DNA of 16,790 bases from Candidatus Bipolaricaulia bacterium (GCA_046758705.1 JBHIAT010000071.1:1-16790); one strand, 5' to 3'. Counted from the stretch's first letter, positions 8,388 through 16,700 are shown. Translations and numbers: made by a program. Notes: generated by a model not told the origin, from the letters alone.

Positions 8388-9278
8388 TCAGCTCACCCGA
8401 CCCCTCACCCCGAACGCACTTCCGATCAGTCCGATCAAGATCCCGAACCCTGGGAGGCTCAGGGCGACGTTGCGCACGATCTCACCGTTCAGCAGGGCGG
8501 GCAATCGGATCGCCCACTCCGGGTTCCTCAGGCTGAGGTGTGTCAGATAGAGCGCCACGGCGATCACGGCAGAGCCGAGCAACCCATAGACTCCACCGAG
8601 CAGCAAAAAAGGCATGCGAGCGACGCGCTTGTGCACCCCGACCCGCCGCATCAGCTCCAGCTCCTCCCCCCAGATCCGGGTCAGGGTCCGGTTCAAGGAA
8701 TAGAGAGTGGCGATCGCCGCAATCGTCAACGACAGGAGGATGAACAGAGAGCCGAGTTGCACTCTAAACGGGAAGGCCAGCACCTCGTCGACGGCATCCT
8801 GACGATTCAGTTCAACCGCTTGGATCGTCCCCTCAGTGTTTCTCAGGGCGCGAAGTCGTGCGCTGACCGCCTCAGCCTCGACTTCAACCTGCTCCGAGTT
8901 GTTCAGAGTGATCCAGAAGCGGGCTCGTAAATCGGAGGAGCTGACCCCTTTGAGCGCTGCTTCGATCTCCTCTTTGGTTTTGTATTGGACCCTGGCCACC
9001 TCATTCCAGCTGAGGATCTCCCGATGGAGGTCGTTGATCCGAGTTCGGGCGGTCAGCGACTCTAAGTAGACGATGATATCGACATCCTGCTGGTTTCCGA
9101 TCAGCGTAACATCCGAAGCGTAACCGGCGTTGGCACTGAGCACCAGGAAGGCGGCCCAGACACCACAGACCGCTATGATCAGCAGGGCGGTGATGAGGGC
9201 GACACGCCGGGGCGCTTTCCAGTGCTTGCGCCACAACTCCTTAAACAGGTAACCGACCGTGGTGAAGGTGTTGGACAT
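8388..9278 (-). CDS. ftsX: Cell division permease-like protein FtsX
   Basis: One N-terminal TM, an extracytoplasmic loop and three C-terminal TMs. EELELMRRVG...MPFLLLG resembles the FtsX motif. Directly downstream of ftsE. Confidence 0.82.
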   Translation of the reverse strand: MSNTFTTVGYLFKELWRKHWKAPRRVALITALLIIAVCGVWAAFLVLSANAGYASDVTLIGNQQDVDIIVYLESLTARTRINDLHREILSWNEVARVQYKTKEEIEAALKGVSSSDLRARFWITLNNSEQVEVEAEAVSARLRALRNTEGTIQAVELNRQDAVDEVLAFPFRVQLGSLFILLSLTIAAIATLYSLNRTLTRIWGEELELMRRVGVHKRVARMPFLLLGGVYGLLGSAVIAVALYLTHLSLRNPEWAIRLPALLNGEIVRNVALSLPGFGILIGLIGSAFGVRGRVS

Positions 9279-9303
9279 CTTACTCGCTCAAGGTCATTGT
9301 CAT

Positions 9304-9990
9304 TCAATCACCGTTTAGCTTAACCAACTTGCCATCCTCAAGCAACAGCACCCGTTGGCCGGAACGTTCGGCGATCTCGATATTCTGGGTGGCCGCCACG
9401 ATCGTCATGCCCTGGTCGTTGATCTTTCTCAGCAGAGAGAGCAGCGTGTTGGCACCCGATGAATCTAACCCAGCGAACGGCTCATCGTAGATCAGGAGTA
9501 ACGGATCATTGCTGATGGCGATCGCGATGGCCAACCTCTCGCGGTCGAGTGCAGAGAGGTCAGCAGGAAGCACATCCCCTTGGTCATTCAGGCCGGCGAA
9601 TGTCAGGATCTCTTCGGTCTGGTTGTTTGCCTCACTCACCGGCATCCCCAAAATCCGCAGCTTAAACAGGACATTCTCCCATACGGTTCGATCTGAGAGG
9701 TATTTCACCCCCTTCAACCCCTGAGGGATGATACCGACCTCCCGTTTCACCTGGAGGAGTCTCTCCTGCCTGAGATAGACGATGTTGCGGCCGTTAACCA
9801 GGATCTGTCCACGCTGTGGTTCCAGCTCCTTGTAGAGGAGCCGAAGCAGCACGGACTTCCCTGAGTCGGTGGGTCCCACGATAAACACCAGTTCCCCACG
9901 ATTGACCCGGAGGTGGATACTATCGAGAAGCCTCATCTCTGAATCCGGATAGGACATGGTCAGCTCCGAGATCTGGATTAACAAGGACAT
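9304..9990 (-). CDS. ftsE: FtsE-like ABC ATP-binding protein with degenerate motifs
   Basis: 228 aa ABC domain: GPTDSGKS, LLRLLYKELEPQRGQI, LSDRTVWENV, LLIYDEP, INDQGMTI; next to ftsX. Confidence 0.82.
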   Translation of the reverse strand: MSLLIQISELTMSYPDSEMRLLDSIHLRVNRGELVFIVGPTDSGKSVLLRLLYKELEPQRGQILVNGRNIVYLRQERLLQVKREVGIIPQGLKGVKYLSDRTVWENVLFKLRILGMPVSEANNQTEEILTFAGLNDQGDVLPADLSALDRERLAIAIAISNDPLLLIYDEPFAGLDSSGANTLLSLLRKINDQGMTIVAATQNIEIAERSGQRVLLLEDGKLVKLNGD

Positions 9991-10023
9991 GTTCGTGTTT
10001 TGAACACAGGCAATGGTCTGGTT

Positions 10024-10932
10024 TTAGAGGAGACGTTCGTCCCCGTCCCCGGCCCGAGATATGAGCTCTGAACGCCGTCGTGCTCTGACGATGCGATCCT
10101 TTCCGGAGAGATCCTTCAGCACCTCCGGCGGCTCGAAATCTCCTGTCTCCAGGATGATCTGTTTCACCGCCTCTCCCTGACGTTCACCGATTTCCAGATA
10201 CAGTCCCCCGCCATCGTTCAGGTGATCGGGGGCCTCCCGGATGATTGTCCTCAGGGCATCAAGCCCGCCCTCCCCTCCATCTAAAGCGATGTGCGGCTCA
10301 TAACGCAACTCGGCCTCCAGCTCTCCCAACTCCTCCGCGTCGATATAGGGCGGGTTGGAGACGATGCAATCGAACCTGCCTGAGAGCCCCGAAACCCAAT
10401 TCGAGCGAAGGAAAGCGATCCGATCAACGACCTCATTCCGTGCGGCGTTCTCCCGGGCGAGGTCAAGGGCCGCCGCGGAGATATCGACCGCACAAATGAA
10501 GGCATCGGGCAGCACACGGGCGAGCGAGATGGCGATCGCCCCTGTCCCAGTCCCCAGATCCAGGATCCGAAGATCTCCCCGGTCGCCGCGGCTCCCGAGA
10601 TCCTCGATCACCTGTTCGATGAGCTCTTCGGTCTCGGGCCTGGGAATCAGCGCTCGATTGTCTATCTGCAACGTCAGGCCCATGAAATCCACCCGACCGG
10701 TGAGATGCTGAATCGGGATACCCTGTCGACGAGCTTCGATCAACTTTCGATACCGGCTGAGTACGTTGCGATCCAGTGGCTGGTCAGGGTGCAGATAGAG
10801 GTGGAGACGTTCCACATCGAGCGAATGGGCCAGCAACACCTCGGCTTCGAAACGGGATTGGATGATTCCAGCCCGTTTAAAGTCCTCCTTCGCCCAATTC
10901 AGCACCTTCCTGATCGTCCACTCGTTCCTCAT
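10024..10932 (-). CDS. prmC: Release factor glutamine N5-methyltransferase (HemK)
   Basis: ALIPRPETE, LDLGTGTGAIA, SNPPY, YEPHIALDGG, EIG. Start ATG 10932 follows GGAGG (10945-10941). Confidence 0.95.
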   Translation of the reverse strand: MRNEWTIRKVLNWAKEDFKRAGIIQSRFEAEVLLAHSLDVERLHLYLHPDQPLDRNVLSRYRKLIEARRQGIPIQHLTGRVDFMGLTLQIDNRALIPRPETEELIEQVIEDLGSRGDRGDLRILDLGTGTGAIAISLARVLPDAFICAVDISAAALDLARENAARNEVVDRIAFLRSNWVSGLSGRFDCIVSNPPYIDAEELGELEAELRYEPHIALDGGEGGLDALRTIIREAPDHLNDGGGLYLEIGERQGEAVKQIILETGDFEPPEVLKDLSGKDRIVRARRRSELISRAGDGDERLL

Positions 10933-10963
10933 ACGCCTTCCCTCCAACGGTTTTCTGGACCGG

Positions 10964-11016
10964 TTGAAATCCCGTTCAATTGTTTAGTATACTATAACTG
11001 CATGGCTAACCGTCAA
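10964..11016. promoter_or_regulatory. Putative overlapping divergent promoters (prmC and PIN-TRAM gene)
   Basis: Plus strand: TTGAAA (10964-10969), 18 nt, TATACT (10988-10993). Minus strand: TTGACG (11016-11011), 19 nt, TATACT (10991-10986). AT-rich intergenic segment. Confidence 0.5.
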
Positions 11017-11102
11017 ACACTGACATATATAGGGTATAAACTATTATGAGTGAAGAGGAAGAGGGGGGGAAATGATCAATCTGAGGATCTGGAGGGTTCC
11101 AT

Positions 11103-12152
11103 ATGTTGAGATTTTTACTTTATATCTCATTGTTCTCATTAGGTGGTTATGCATCGATCCGAGAGAACGCGCTTCCCGATACCCTCAGTCTGAACGGGAA
11201 CGAACACGTTGTCAACTTCATCATCGGTGGCGTCGCGGGGGTGATCGTCGCTTGGGCATTGATCCAAGCCACAGCGATCGTCGAGAAGCGGGTGGAGGAA
11301 GGAGAGATCCGAGAGCTCATCAACGGGAGTCTCACAGCGATCTTGGGGATCGCCCTGGGGTTGATCGTTTACACCGTTCTAGAGCTGATCTTTCCTAGCC
11401 ATTCCCTGCTCCAATGGATCGAAGCGGTCATTGTCCTCTTCTTGGGGTTCCTGGGTTTTCGCATCGGCTACCAGGAGCAAAACCCGATGGTCGAAATCTT
11501 CTCCACCGGGCGGAAGCGATCGACCGGAGCGGGCAGCATCAAGATCCTTGATACGAGCGTGATCATCGACGGGCGGATCGCCGATCTCGTCGAAACCGGA
11601 TTCGTCGAGGGGACGCTTATCATTCCACAGTTCGTCCTCAATGAGCTCCACAACATCGCCGACTCCTCTGACGACCTGCGTCGCCGGAAGGGACGGCGCG
11701 GGCTCGATATCCTGAGTGATCTCAGGAAGTCGGACCACATCGATATCGAGACCGTTGAGACCGACTACCCCGATATCGAGACCGTCGATCGCAAGCTGAT
11801 CCGACTGACCCAAGAGCTCAACGGCAAGCTGCTCACGACCGACTACAACTTGAACAAGGTGGCCAGGATCGAGGGCATCCACGTCCTCAACATCAACCGG
11901 CTCGCTAACGCGGTCAAACCCGAGTTCCTCCCCGGTGACACGGTAGTGGTGGAAGTGATCGACCGAGGCGAGGAGATCGGTCAAGGGGTCGGTTACCTCG
12001 ACAACGGCACAATGGTCGTCGTCGAGAACGGGCGACGGTTCATCGGCAAGAAGATCAAGACGGTCGTGAAGAGCTCACTGCAGACCGACGCCGGGAAGAT
12101 GTTATTCGTCCAACCCGAGGGGGAGAATCAGAAGCGCTGGGAGAACAACTGA
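11103..12152 (+). CDS. Membrane-anchored PIN and TRAM domain protein (YacL-like)
   Basis: N-terminal TM helices, ILDTSVIIDGRI, RRRKGRRGLDIL, TTDYNLNKVA, GQGVGYLDNGTMVVVE; GGAGG RBS. Confidence 0.93.
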   Translation: MLRFLLYISLFSLGGYASIRENALPDTLSLNGNEHVVNFIIGGVAGVIVAWALIQATAIVEKRVEEGEIRELINGSLTAILGIALGLIVYTVLELIFPSHSLLQWIEAVIVLFLGFLGFRIGYQEQNPMVEIFSTGRKRSTGAGSIKILDTSVIIDGRIADLVETGFVEGTLIIPQFVLNELHNIADSSDDLRRRKGRRGLDILSDLRKSDHIDIETVETDYPDIETVDRKLIRLTQELNGKLLTTDYNLNKVARIEGIHVLNINRLANAVKPEFLPGDTVVVEVIDRGEEIGQGVGYLDNGTMVVVENGRRFIGKKIKTVVKSSLQTDAGKMLFVQPEGENQKRWENN

Positions 12153-12187
12153 GGCCTCGTTCCATCCCAACCCAATCCTGTGAGAAC

Positions 12188-12210
12188 GACCCTGACGACA
12201 CGACAGGGTC
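12188..12210 (+). terminator. Stem-loop downstream of the PIN-TRAM gene
   Basis: GACCCTG, 9 nt loop, CAGGGTC; followed by a pyrimidine-rich tract rather than a classic U-tract. Confidence 0.35.
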
Positions 12211-12219
12211 CCCACCCCA

Positions 12220-12252
12220 TTCCTGTTCCTGTTCCTGTTCCTGTTCCTGTTC
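12220..12252 (+). repeat. Hexanucleotide tandem repeat (TTCCTG) x5.5
   Basis: Five perfect TTCCTG units plus TTC, intergenic. Confidence 0.95.
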
Positions 12253-12286
12253 TGCTCTGTTGAGGTTGGAAGGGGGAGGGATGAGG

Positions 12287-12997
12287 ATGGGCAAGCATGA
12301 TCGGCAAGTGATCCGAGACTGGCCCGAGGCGGAGCGCCCCCGGGAGCGGCTGATCCGGGATGGCCCGGAGGCTCTCTCCGACGCGGAGCTTGTGGCGATC
12401 GCCCTTGGGACCGGGACTGGAGGGATGAGTGCCGTCGACCTCGCCCGCCTGTTGCTCGCTCGATTCGGCGGCCTTCGCGGCCTGGATCGAGCCACGGCCT
12501 CCGAACTTCGCCAGATTCCGGGAATCGGCCCGGCGAAGGCGGCCGGGTTACGAGCCGCTCTGGAACTTGGCAAGCGGCTTCTCAGGCAAGGTGTCGTGGC
12601 AAGAAGACGCATTCAATCGGTCGAGGACGTCTTCGATTACTACCGGCCTTACCTTCGGGATCTGAAGCGGGAGGTGTTTCATATGATGCTGCTCGACGGG
12701 CGGAACAAGCTGATCCGGGAGGTGACGATCTCAACGGGGAGCCTGACGGCGAGTATCGTCCATCCCCGGGAGGTCGTCAAGGAGGCGATCCGGGAATCGG
12801 CTGCCGCGGTCATCTTTGTCCACAACCACCCGAGCGGCGAGCCTGAGCCCTCGGTCGAGGACATCGAGATCACCGAACGACTGGTCGACGCCTGCGAGCT
12901 TGTCGGGGTTCGGGTCCTGGACCACGTGATCGTCGGAGATGATCGGTATGCGAGCTTTGTCGAACTGGGGTTGATCGCGGAGGATTTGCACGGTTAA
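12287..12997 (+). CDS. radC: RadC family protein (UPF0758; HhH plus JAB/MPN domain)
   Basis: ERPRERL...ALSDAEL, IPGIGPAKA, VHPREV, HNHPSG-EPSVED, VLDHVIVG. The start is ATG 12287 (GGAGG 7 nt upstream) or ATG 12281. Confidence 0.95.
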   Translation: MGKHDRQVIRDWPEAERPRERLIRDGPEALSDAELVAIALGTGTGGMSAVDLARLLLARFGGLRGLDRATASELRQIPGIGPAKAAGLRAALELGKRLLRQGVVARRRIQSVEDVFDYYRPYLRDLKREVFHMMLLDGRNKLIREVTISTGSLTASIVHPREVVKEAIRESAAAVIFVHNHPSGEPEPSVEDIEITERLVDACELVGVRVLDHVIVGDDRYASFVELGLIAEDLHG

Positions 12998-13033
12998 ATT
13001 GGATCGCGTACAGTTGATCGCTCGGAGGATGTT

Positions 13034-14014
13034 GTGAAACCACCGACTTTAGCTGAGATCCGTGCTGTCCGTGACAGGCTCGATGACTTCGTGATTGAGA
13101 CTCCAGTGTGGCATTGGTGCAACCGTGAAATTGAGGAGATTACCGGCCCAGAAACGCAGGTGTTTCTCAAGCTTGAACTCTTCCAACACACCGGATCATT
13201 CAAACCCAGGGGTGCACTGACGGTGATGTTCGATCTGGATAGGGAAGCCCTGTCTCGTGGTGTGACGGCTGTGAGCGCCGGGAACCATGCCATCGCGGTC
13301 GGATATGCAGCGCGGCTGCTTGGCACGACGGCGAAGGTGGTGATGCCCAAAACCGCCAATCCAGCTCGGATCGCAAGTTGTAAGGCGTTTGGTACCGAGG
13401 TTGAACTGGTTGACGACGCGAAGCAGGCGTTTGAGCGGGTGCACCAGATCGAGGCCGAAGAAGGACGGGCGTTGGTACACCCCTTTGAAGGGCCGTTGAC
13501 GGCAAGGGGCACAGCCACAGTAGGACTTGAACTCTGTGCTCAGGTCTCTGACCTCGATGCCGTGATTGTGCCGATTGGCGGCGGTGGTCTTTGCGCTGGG
13601 GTCTCGACAGCGGTTAAGCTTATCCAGCCGCGTTGTCAGGTGCTCGGCGTGGAGCCCGAAGGGGCAGACACCATGCACCGTAGTTTTGCCTCGGGTCAAC
13701 CCGAATCGATCGATAAGATACGGACCATTGCTGATAGCCTGGGTGCCCCTCATGCTGAACCGTATAGCTTCGCGCTGTGTCAGCAGTATGTGGATGAACT
13801 CGCCATGGTGAACGACGATGAACTCTGTTGCGCGATGGCCCTGATGTTTCGTGGTGTTAAGCTGGCGGTGGAGCCGGCGGGAGCGGCAGGAATAGCCGCC
13901 CTATGCGGGCCGTTGCGTGAGCGGCTACGTGGCAAACGCGTGGGCGTCATCGTGAGCGGTACGAATATCGACGCAGCTAGTTTCGCAGCCTGCGTCGAGG
14001 CGACAGGAATGTGA
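13034..14014 (+). CDS. PLP-dependent threonine/serine dehydratase family protein (no regulatory domain)
   Basis: LKLELFQHTGSFKPRG (PLP lysine), SAGNHA, PIGGGGL, SGTNID; GGAGG then GTG start. Confidence 0.92.
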   Translation: MKPPTLAEIRAVRDRLDDFVIETPVWHWCNREIEEITGPETQVFLKLELFQHTGSFKPRGALTVMFDLDREALSRGVTAVSAGNHAIAVGYAARLLGTTAKVVMPKTANPARIASCKAFGTEVELVDDAKQAFERVHQIEAEEGRALVHPFEGPLTARGTATVGLELCAQVSDLDAVIVPIGGGGLCAGVSTAVKLIQPRCQVLGVEPEGADTMHRSFASGQPESIDKIRTIADSLGAPHAEPYSFALCQQYVDELAMVNDDELCCAMALMFRGVKLAVEPAGAAGIAALCGPLRERLRGKRVGVIVSGTNIDAASFAACVEATGM

Positions 14015-14030
14015 GCAGGGGGGTACGACA

Positions 14031-15131
14031 ATGTCAGCCGTTGTTCAATCGGGATCACTCTCTAAAACCATGCGAGCCGTTGTGTGTCATGGGCCAAGGG
14101 ATTACCGCCTGGAAGAGGTTCCAACACCGCAAGCGGATGCCGGTGAAGTCGTGATTCGGGTGCAAGCCTGTGGCGTGTGTGCCAGTGATATGAAATGCTA
14201 CACAGGCGCACCGCTTTTCTGGGGAGATGCGCACCGCAAGCCCTATGTCGAAGGGCCCGTGATCCCCGGACACGAGTTCATCGGTGAGGTGGTGCAACTG
14301 GGTGAGGGAGCCGGCGAAAAACTCGGCCTGGAGCTCGGTGACATCGCGATTGCTGAGCAAATTGTCCCGTGTTGGAATTGTCGCTACTGCCGTACAGGGA
14401 AGTATTGGCTGTGCCAGGTTCACAACATCTACGGATTTCAGCGTGTCGTGCATGGGGGAATGGCGGAGTATATGAAATTTCCGGCGCGATCGCTCATCTA
14501 CAAAGTCCCAAAAGAGATTCCGCCGACACATGCGGCGATGATCGAGCCGTTGTCCTGTTCCATCCACGCGGTTCAACGTGGGGAGATCGAGTTTGGCGAC
14601 GTCGTCGTGATTGCCGGAGCCGGGACACTTGGGCTTGGCATGGTCGGTGCAGCGCGGTTAAAAAATCCCGGTCTGTTGATCTCCGTCGATCTCGTGGATC
14701 ATCGACTGGAGGTTGCAAAGCAGCTCGGTGCGGATGTAACCATCAATCCAACCCAAGAGGATGCTGTGCAGAAGGTGCTGGATTGGACGGAAGGCTACGG
14801 CTGCGATGTCTACATCGAAGCGACAGGACATCCAAGCGCCGTTGAACAGGGACTTCAGATGATTCGGAAAGCCGGCACATTCGTCGAATTCAGCGTGATG
14901 CGCGAACCGGTCACGGTGGATTGGACGATTATCGGTGACACGAAGGAGCTCAACATTCACGGTGCGCATCTGGGACCTCATGCTTATCCGCTGGCCATTG
15001 ACTATATTCATCGGGGTTTGATCGATGTGAGTCCGATCATCACGCATCAGTTGTCGCTGGAGGACTACATCAAAGCATTTGAGATGGTTCAAACCGCGAA
15101 GGATTCGATCAAGGTGCAACTGGTACCATAA
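14031..15131 (+). CDS. Zn-dependent polyol dehydrogenase, erythritol/L-threitol dehydrogenase (EltD)-like
   Basis: GVCASDMKC..GAPLFWGD, GHEF, CWNCRYC..C structural Zn site, GAGTLG, VDWTIIGDTKEL. The subfamily call is from recalled similarity to mycobacterial EltD. Confidence 0.85.
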   Translation: MSAVVQSGSLSKTMRAVVCHGPRDYRLEEVPTPQADAGEVVIRVQACGVCASDMKCYTGAPLFWGDAHRKPYVEGPVIPGHEFIGEVVQLGEGAGEKLGLELGDIAIAEQIVPCWNCRYCRTGKYWLCQVHNIYGFQRVVHGGMAEYMKFPARSLIYKVPKEIPPTHAAMIEPLSCSIHAVQRGEIEFGDVVVIAGAGTLGLGMVGAARLKNPGLLISVDLVDHRLEVAKQLGADVTINPTQEDAVQKVLDWTEGYGCDVYIEATGHPSAVEQGLQMIRKAGTFVEFSVMREPVTVDWTIIGDTKELNIHGAHLGPHAYPLAIDYIHRGLIDVSPIITHQLSLEDYIKAFEMVQTAKDSIKVQLVP

Positions 15132-15165
15132 TTGGAATCGATGAATCAGCAAAGGAGGAGAAAAC

Positions 15166-16179
15166 TTGAATCACCGTTATCTCGGCAAGACCGGCCTGAA
15201 AGTGAGTGAGCTCTGTCTGGGCACGATGACTTTTGGCCGGGAGGCCAATGAAGAAGTCAGCCACCAAATACTGACTCGCTTCGTCGATGCCGGCGGCAAC
15301 TTTATTGACACCGCCGACGTTTATGGGAGCACCCAAGGCGTAACCGAGGAGGTTGTTGGTCGCTGGCTGAAGGACAAGCCCCGGAATGATTTCATTATTG
15401 CGACCAAGGTGCGCTTCCCCATGGGTGAAGGTCCTAACGATGTGGGACTAAGCCGGAAGCACATTCTGGATGCGGTGGAGGCCAGCTTACGTCGCCTGGG
15501 TACCGATTACATCGATCTGTATCAGGTTCACTGCTGGGACATCGCCACTCCGCTGGAGGAGACGTTAAGCACTCTGGACAGCCTGGTGAGAGGTGGCAAG
15601 GTACGTTACACTGGCGCCAGCAATTTCAGCGGCTGGCAGTTGCAGAAGGCGATCGACATGAGCCGACAGATGAGCTGGGAACCGTTTACCTGTTTGCAGC
15701 CGCTGTACAATTTGCTCGATCGCTCAACAGAGTGGGAGCTGCTGCCCGTCTGTCAGAACGAGAACCTAGGAGTGATTCCGTGGAGCCCGCTGCGAGGGGG
15801 CTGGCTGAGCGGCAAGTATCGCCGAGGCATGGCGGTGCCACCGGACGATACCCGAATCAAGACCGCCGAGGAGCAAGGTTGGAGCGAAGCCTGGAGCGCC
15901 TACAACAACGAGCACACCTGGAGCGTACTTGAGGTGCTCTTTACGGTGTCAGAGGAGGTGGGCAAGACGCCCGCCCAGGTAGCCCTCAACTGGTTGCTAA
16001 ACCGCCCCGGCGTCACAGCGCCTATCATTGGCACTCGCACCATGGAGCAACTGGAGATCAACCTGGGCACCAGTGACTGGTCGTTGAGCGACGAGCACAT
16101 GGCCTGGCTGAACCAGGTCAGCGAACTGCCGCGACCATATCCCTATGACTTCATCGCAGAAGCCCAACGGAGACGGTAG
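15166..16179 (+). CDS. Aldo/keto reductase
   Basis: [45 protein letters not shown] start after AAGGAGG. Confidence 0.93.
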   Translation: MNHRYLGKTGLKVSELCLGTMTFGREANEEVSHQILTRFVDAGGNFIDTADVYGSTQGVTEEVVGRWLKDKPRNDFIIATKVRFPMGEGPNDVGLSRKHILDAVEASLRRLGTDYIDLYQVHCWDIATPLEETLSTLDSLVRGGKVRYTGASNFSGWQLQKAIDMSRQMSWEPFTCLQPLYNLLDRSTEWELLPVCQNENLGVIPWSPLRGGWLSGKYRRGMAVPPDDTRIKTAEEQGWSEAWSAYNNEHTWSVLEVLFTVSEEVGKTPAQVALNWLLNRPGVTAPIIGTRTMEQLEINLGTSDWSLSDEHMAWLNQVSELPRPYPYDFIAEAQRRR

Positions 16180-16213
16180 AGAGTCGCACCGAATCTCGGT
16201 AATCGTTTCCTAA

Positions 16214-16252
16214 GGGCACCGTCTCAAACCGGGAGGGTGACCCATAAATTTT
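16214..16252. terminator. Possible terminator hairpin between convergent AKR and SRPBCC genes
   Basis: GGG-CACC-g-TCTC-aaacc-GGGA-g-GGTG-a-CCC imperfect stem followed by ATAAATTTT. Confidence 0.45.
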
Positions 16253-16700
16253 AGGCACTGCCCGCGGTCTGGGCTTCTAGCAGGTCCTTCAGGTTGCCGA
16301 GATCGGCTTCTGTCTGCCGCTTTAACATGCGGGCGACGATCGGATCAGCCAGCTTAAAGAAGCCACCTGTTTCTCCCTGGATGACGACGGTGAGCTTTGT
16401 ACCGCCTTCGACGGGCTCGAAGATGTCGCTGGCCTCAACCTGAACAGGCCCCGAGGTGTTCTTAAACGAGGCCTTCCTGTTCGGCTCGTACTCGGTGACC
16501 TCAAAGTCCATCTCGATCCGTCGACCCAGAAATTTGTGCACTTGCCGGAGCGTCGTACCCACGTCCATCGGGCCCTCGGAAGTTTGCTCGCTTTCCAAGA
16601 GCCCTGACTGCCACTGCAGGTCATTCTCAGGACTGGCTGCAAACGCGAAGACCTCCTCAATGGGGCGGTTGATCATCACGCTGACTTCGATCCTTTGCAT
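16251..16700 (-). CDS. SRPBCC (polyketide cyclase/dehydrase-like) family protein
   Basis: IEVSVMINRPIEEVFAF...N..QW, VTEYEPN, GGTKLT, C-terminal helix DLGNLKDLLE; AAAGGGGG RBS. Confidence 0.9.
   Translation of the reverse strand: MQRIEVSVMINRPIEEVFAFAASPENDLQWQSGLLESEQTSEGPMDVGTTLRQVHKFLGRRIEMDFEVTEYEPNRKASFKNTSGPVQVEASDIFEPVEGGTKLTVVIQGETGGFFKLADPIVARMLKRQTEADLGNLKDLLEAQTAGSA

Noticed and set aside
8372..8413. CTCACCCGA repeated two to three times at the ftsX 3' end
   Set aside because: Too short and irregular for a CRISPR array or iterons, and partly coding
9991..10007. GTGTT-ttg-AACAC inverted repeat upstream of ftsE
   Set aside because: A 5-bp stem is within chance expectation, with no further support
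5628..12152. Two TRAM-domain proteins (MiaB and YacL-like) in one window
   Set aside because: They are in separate transcription units and both normally carry TRAM; likely coincidence
12153..12286. LexA/SOS box upstream of radC
   Set aside because: No GAAC-N4-GTTC, CTGT-N8-ACAG or GTTC-N7-GTTC match found; the GTTC copies come from the microsatellite
12055..12612. Minus-strand ORF containing EQEQEQEQEQE
   Set aside because: The EQ run is just the TTCCTG repeat read antisense, and the ORF overlaps two well-supported genes
12287..12997. radC as a marker of a prophage or ICE
   Set aside because: It is the full-length chromosomal type with host-like composition, and no integrase or transfer genes are in the window
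12998..16250. Integron cassette array
   Set aside because: Spacers are 16-71 nt and I see no attC-like RYYYAAC...GTTRRRY structure
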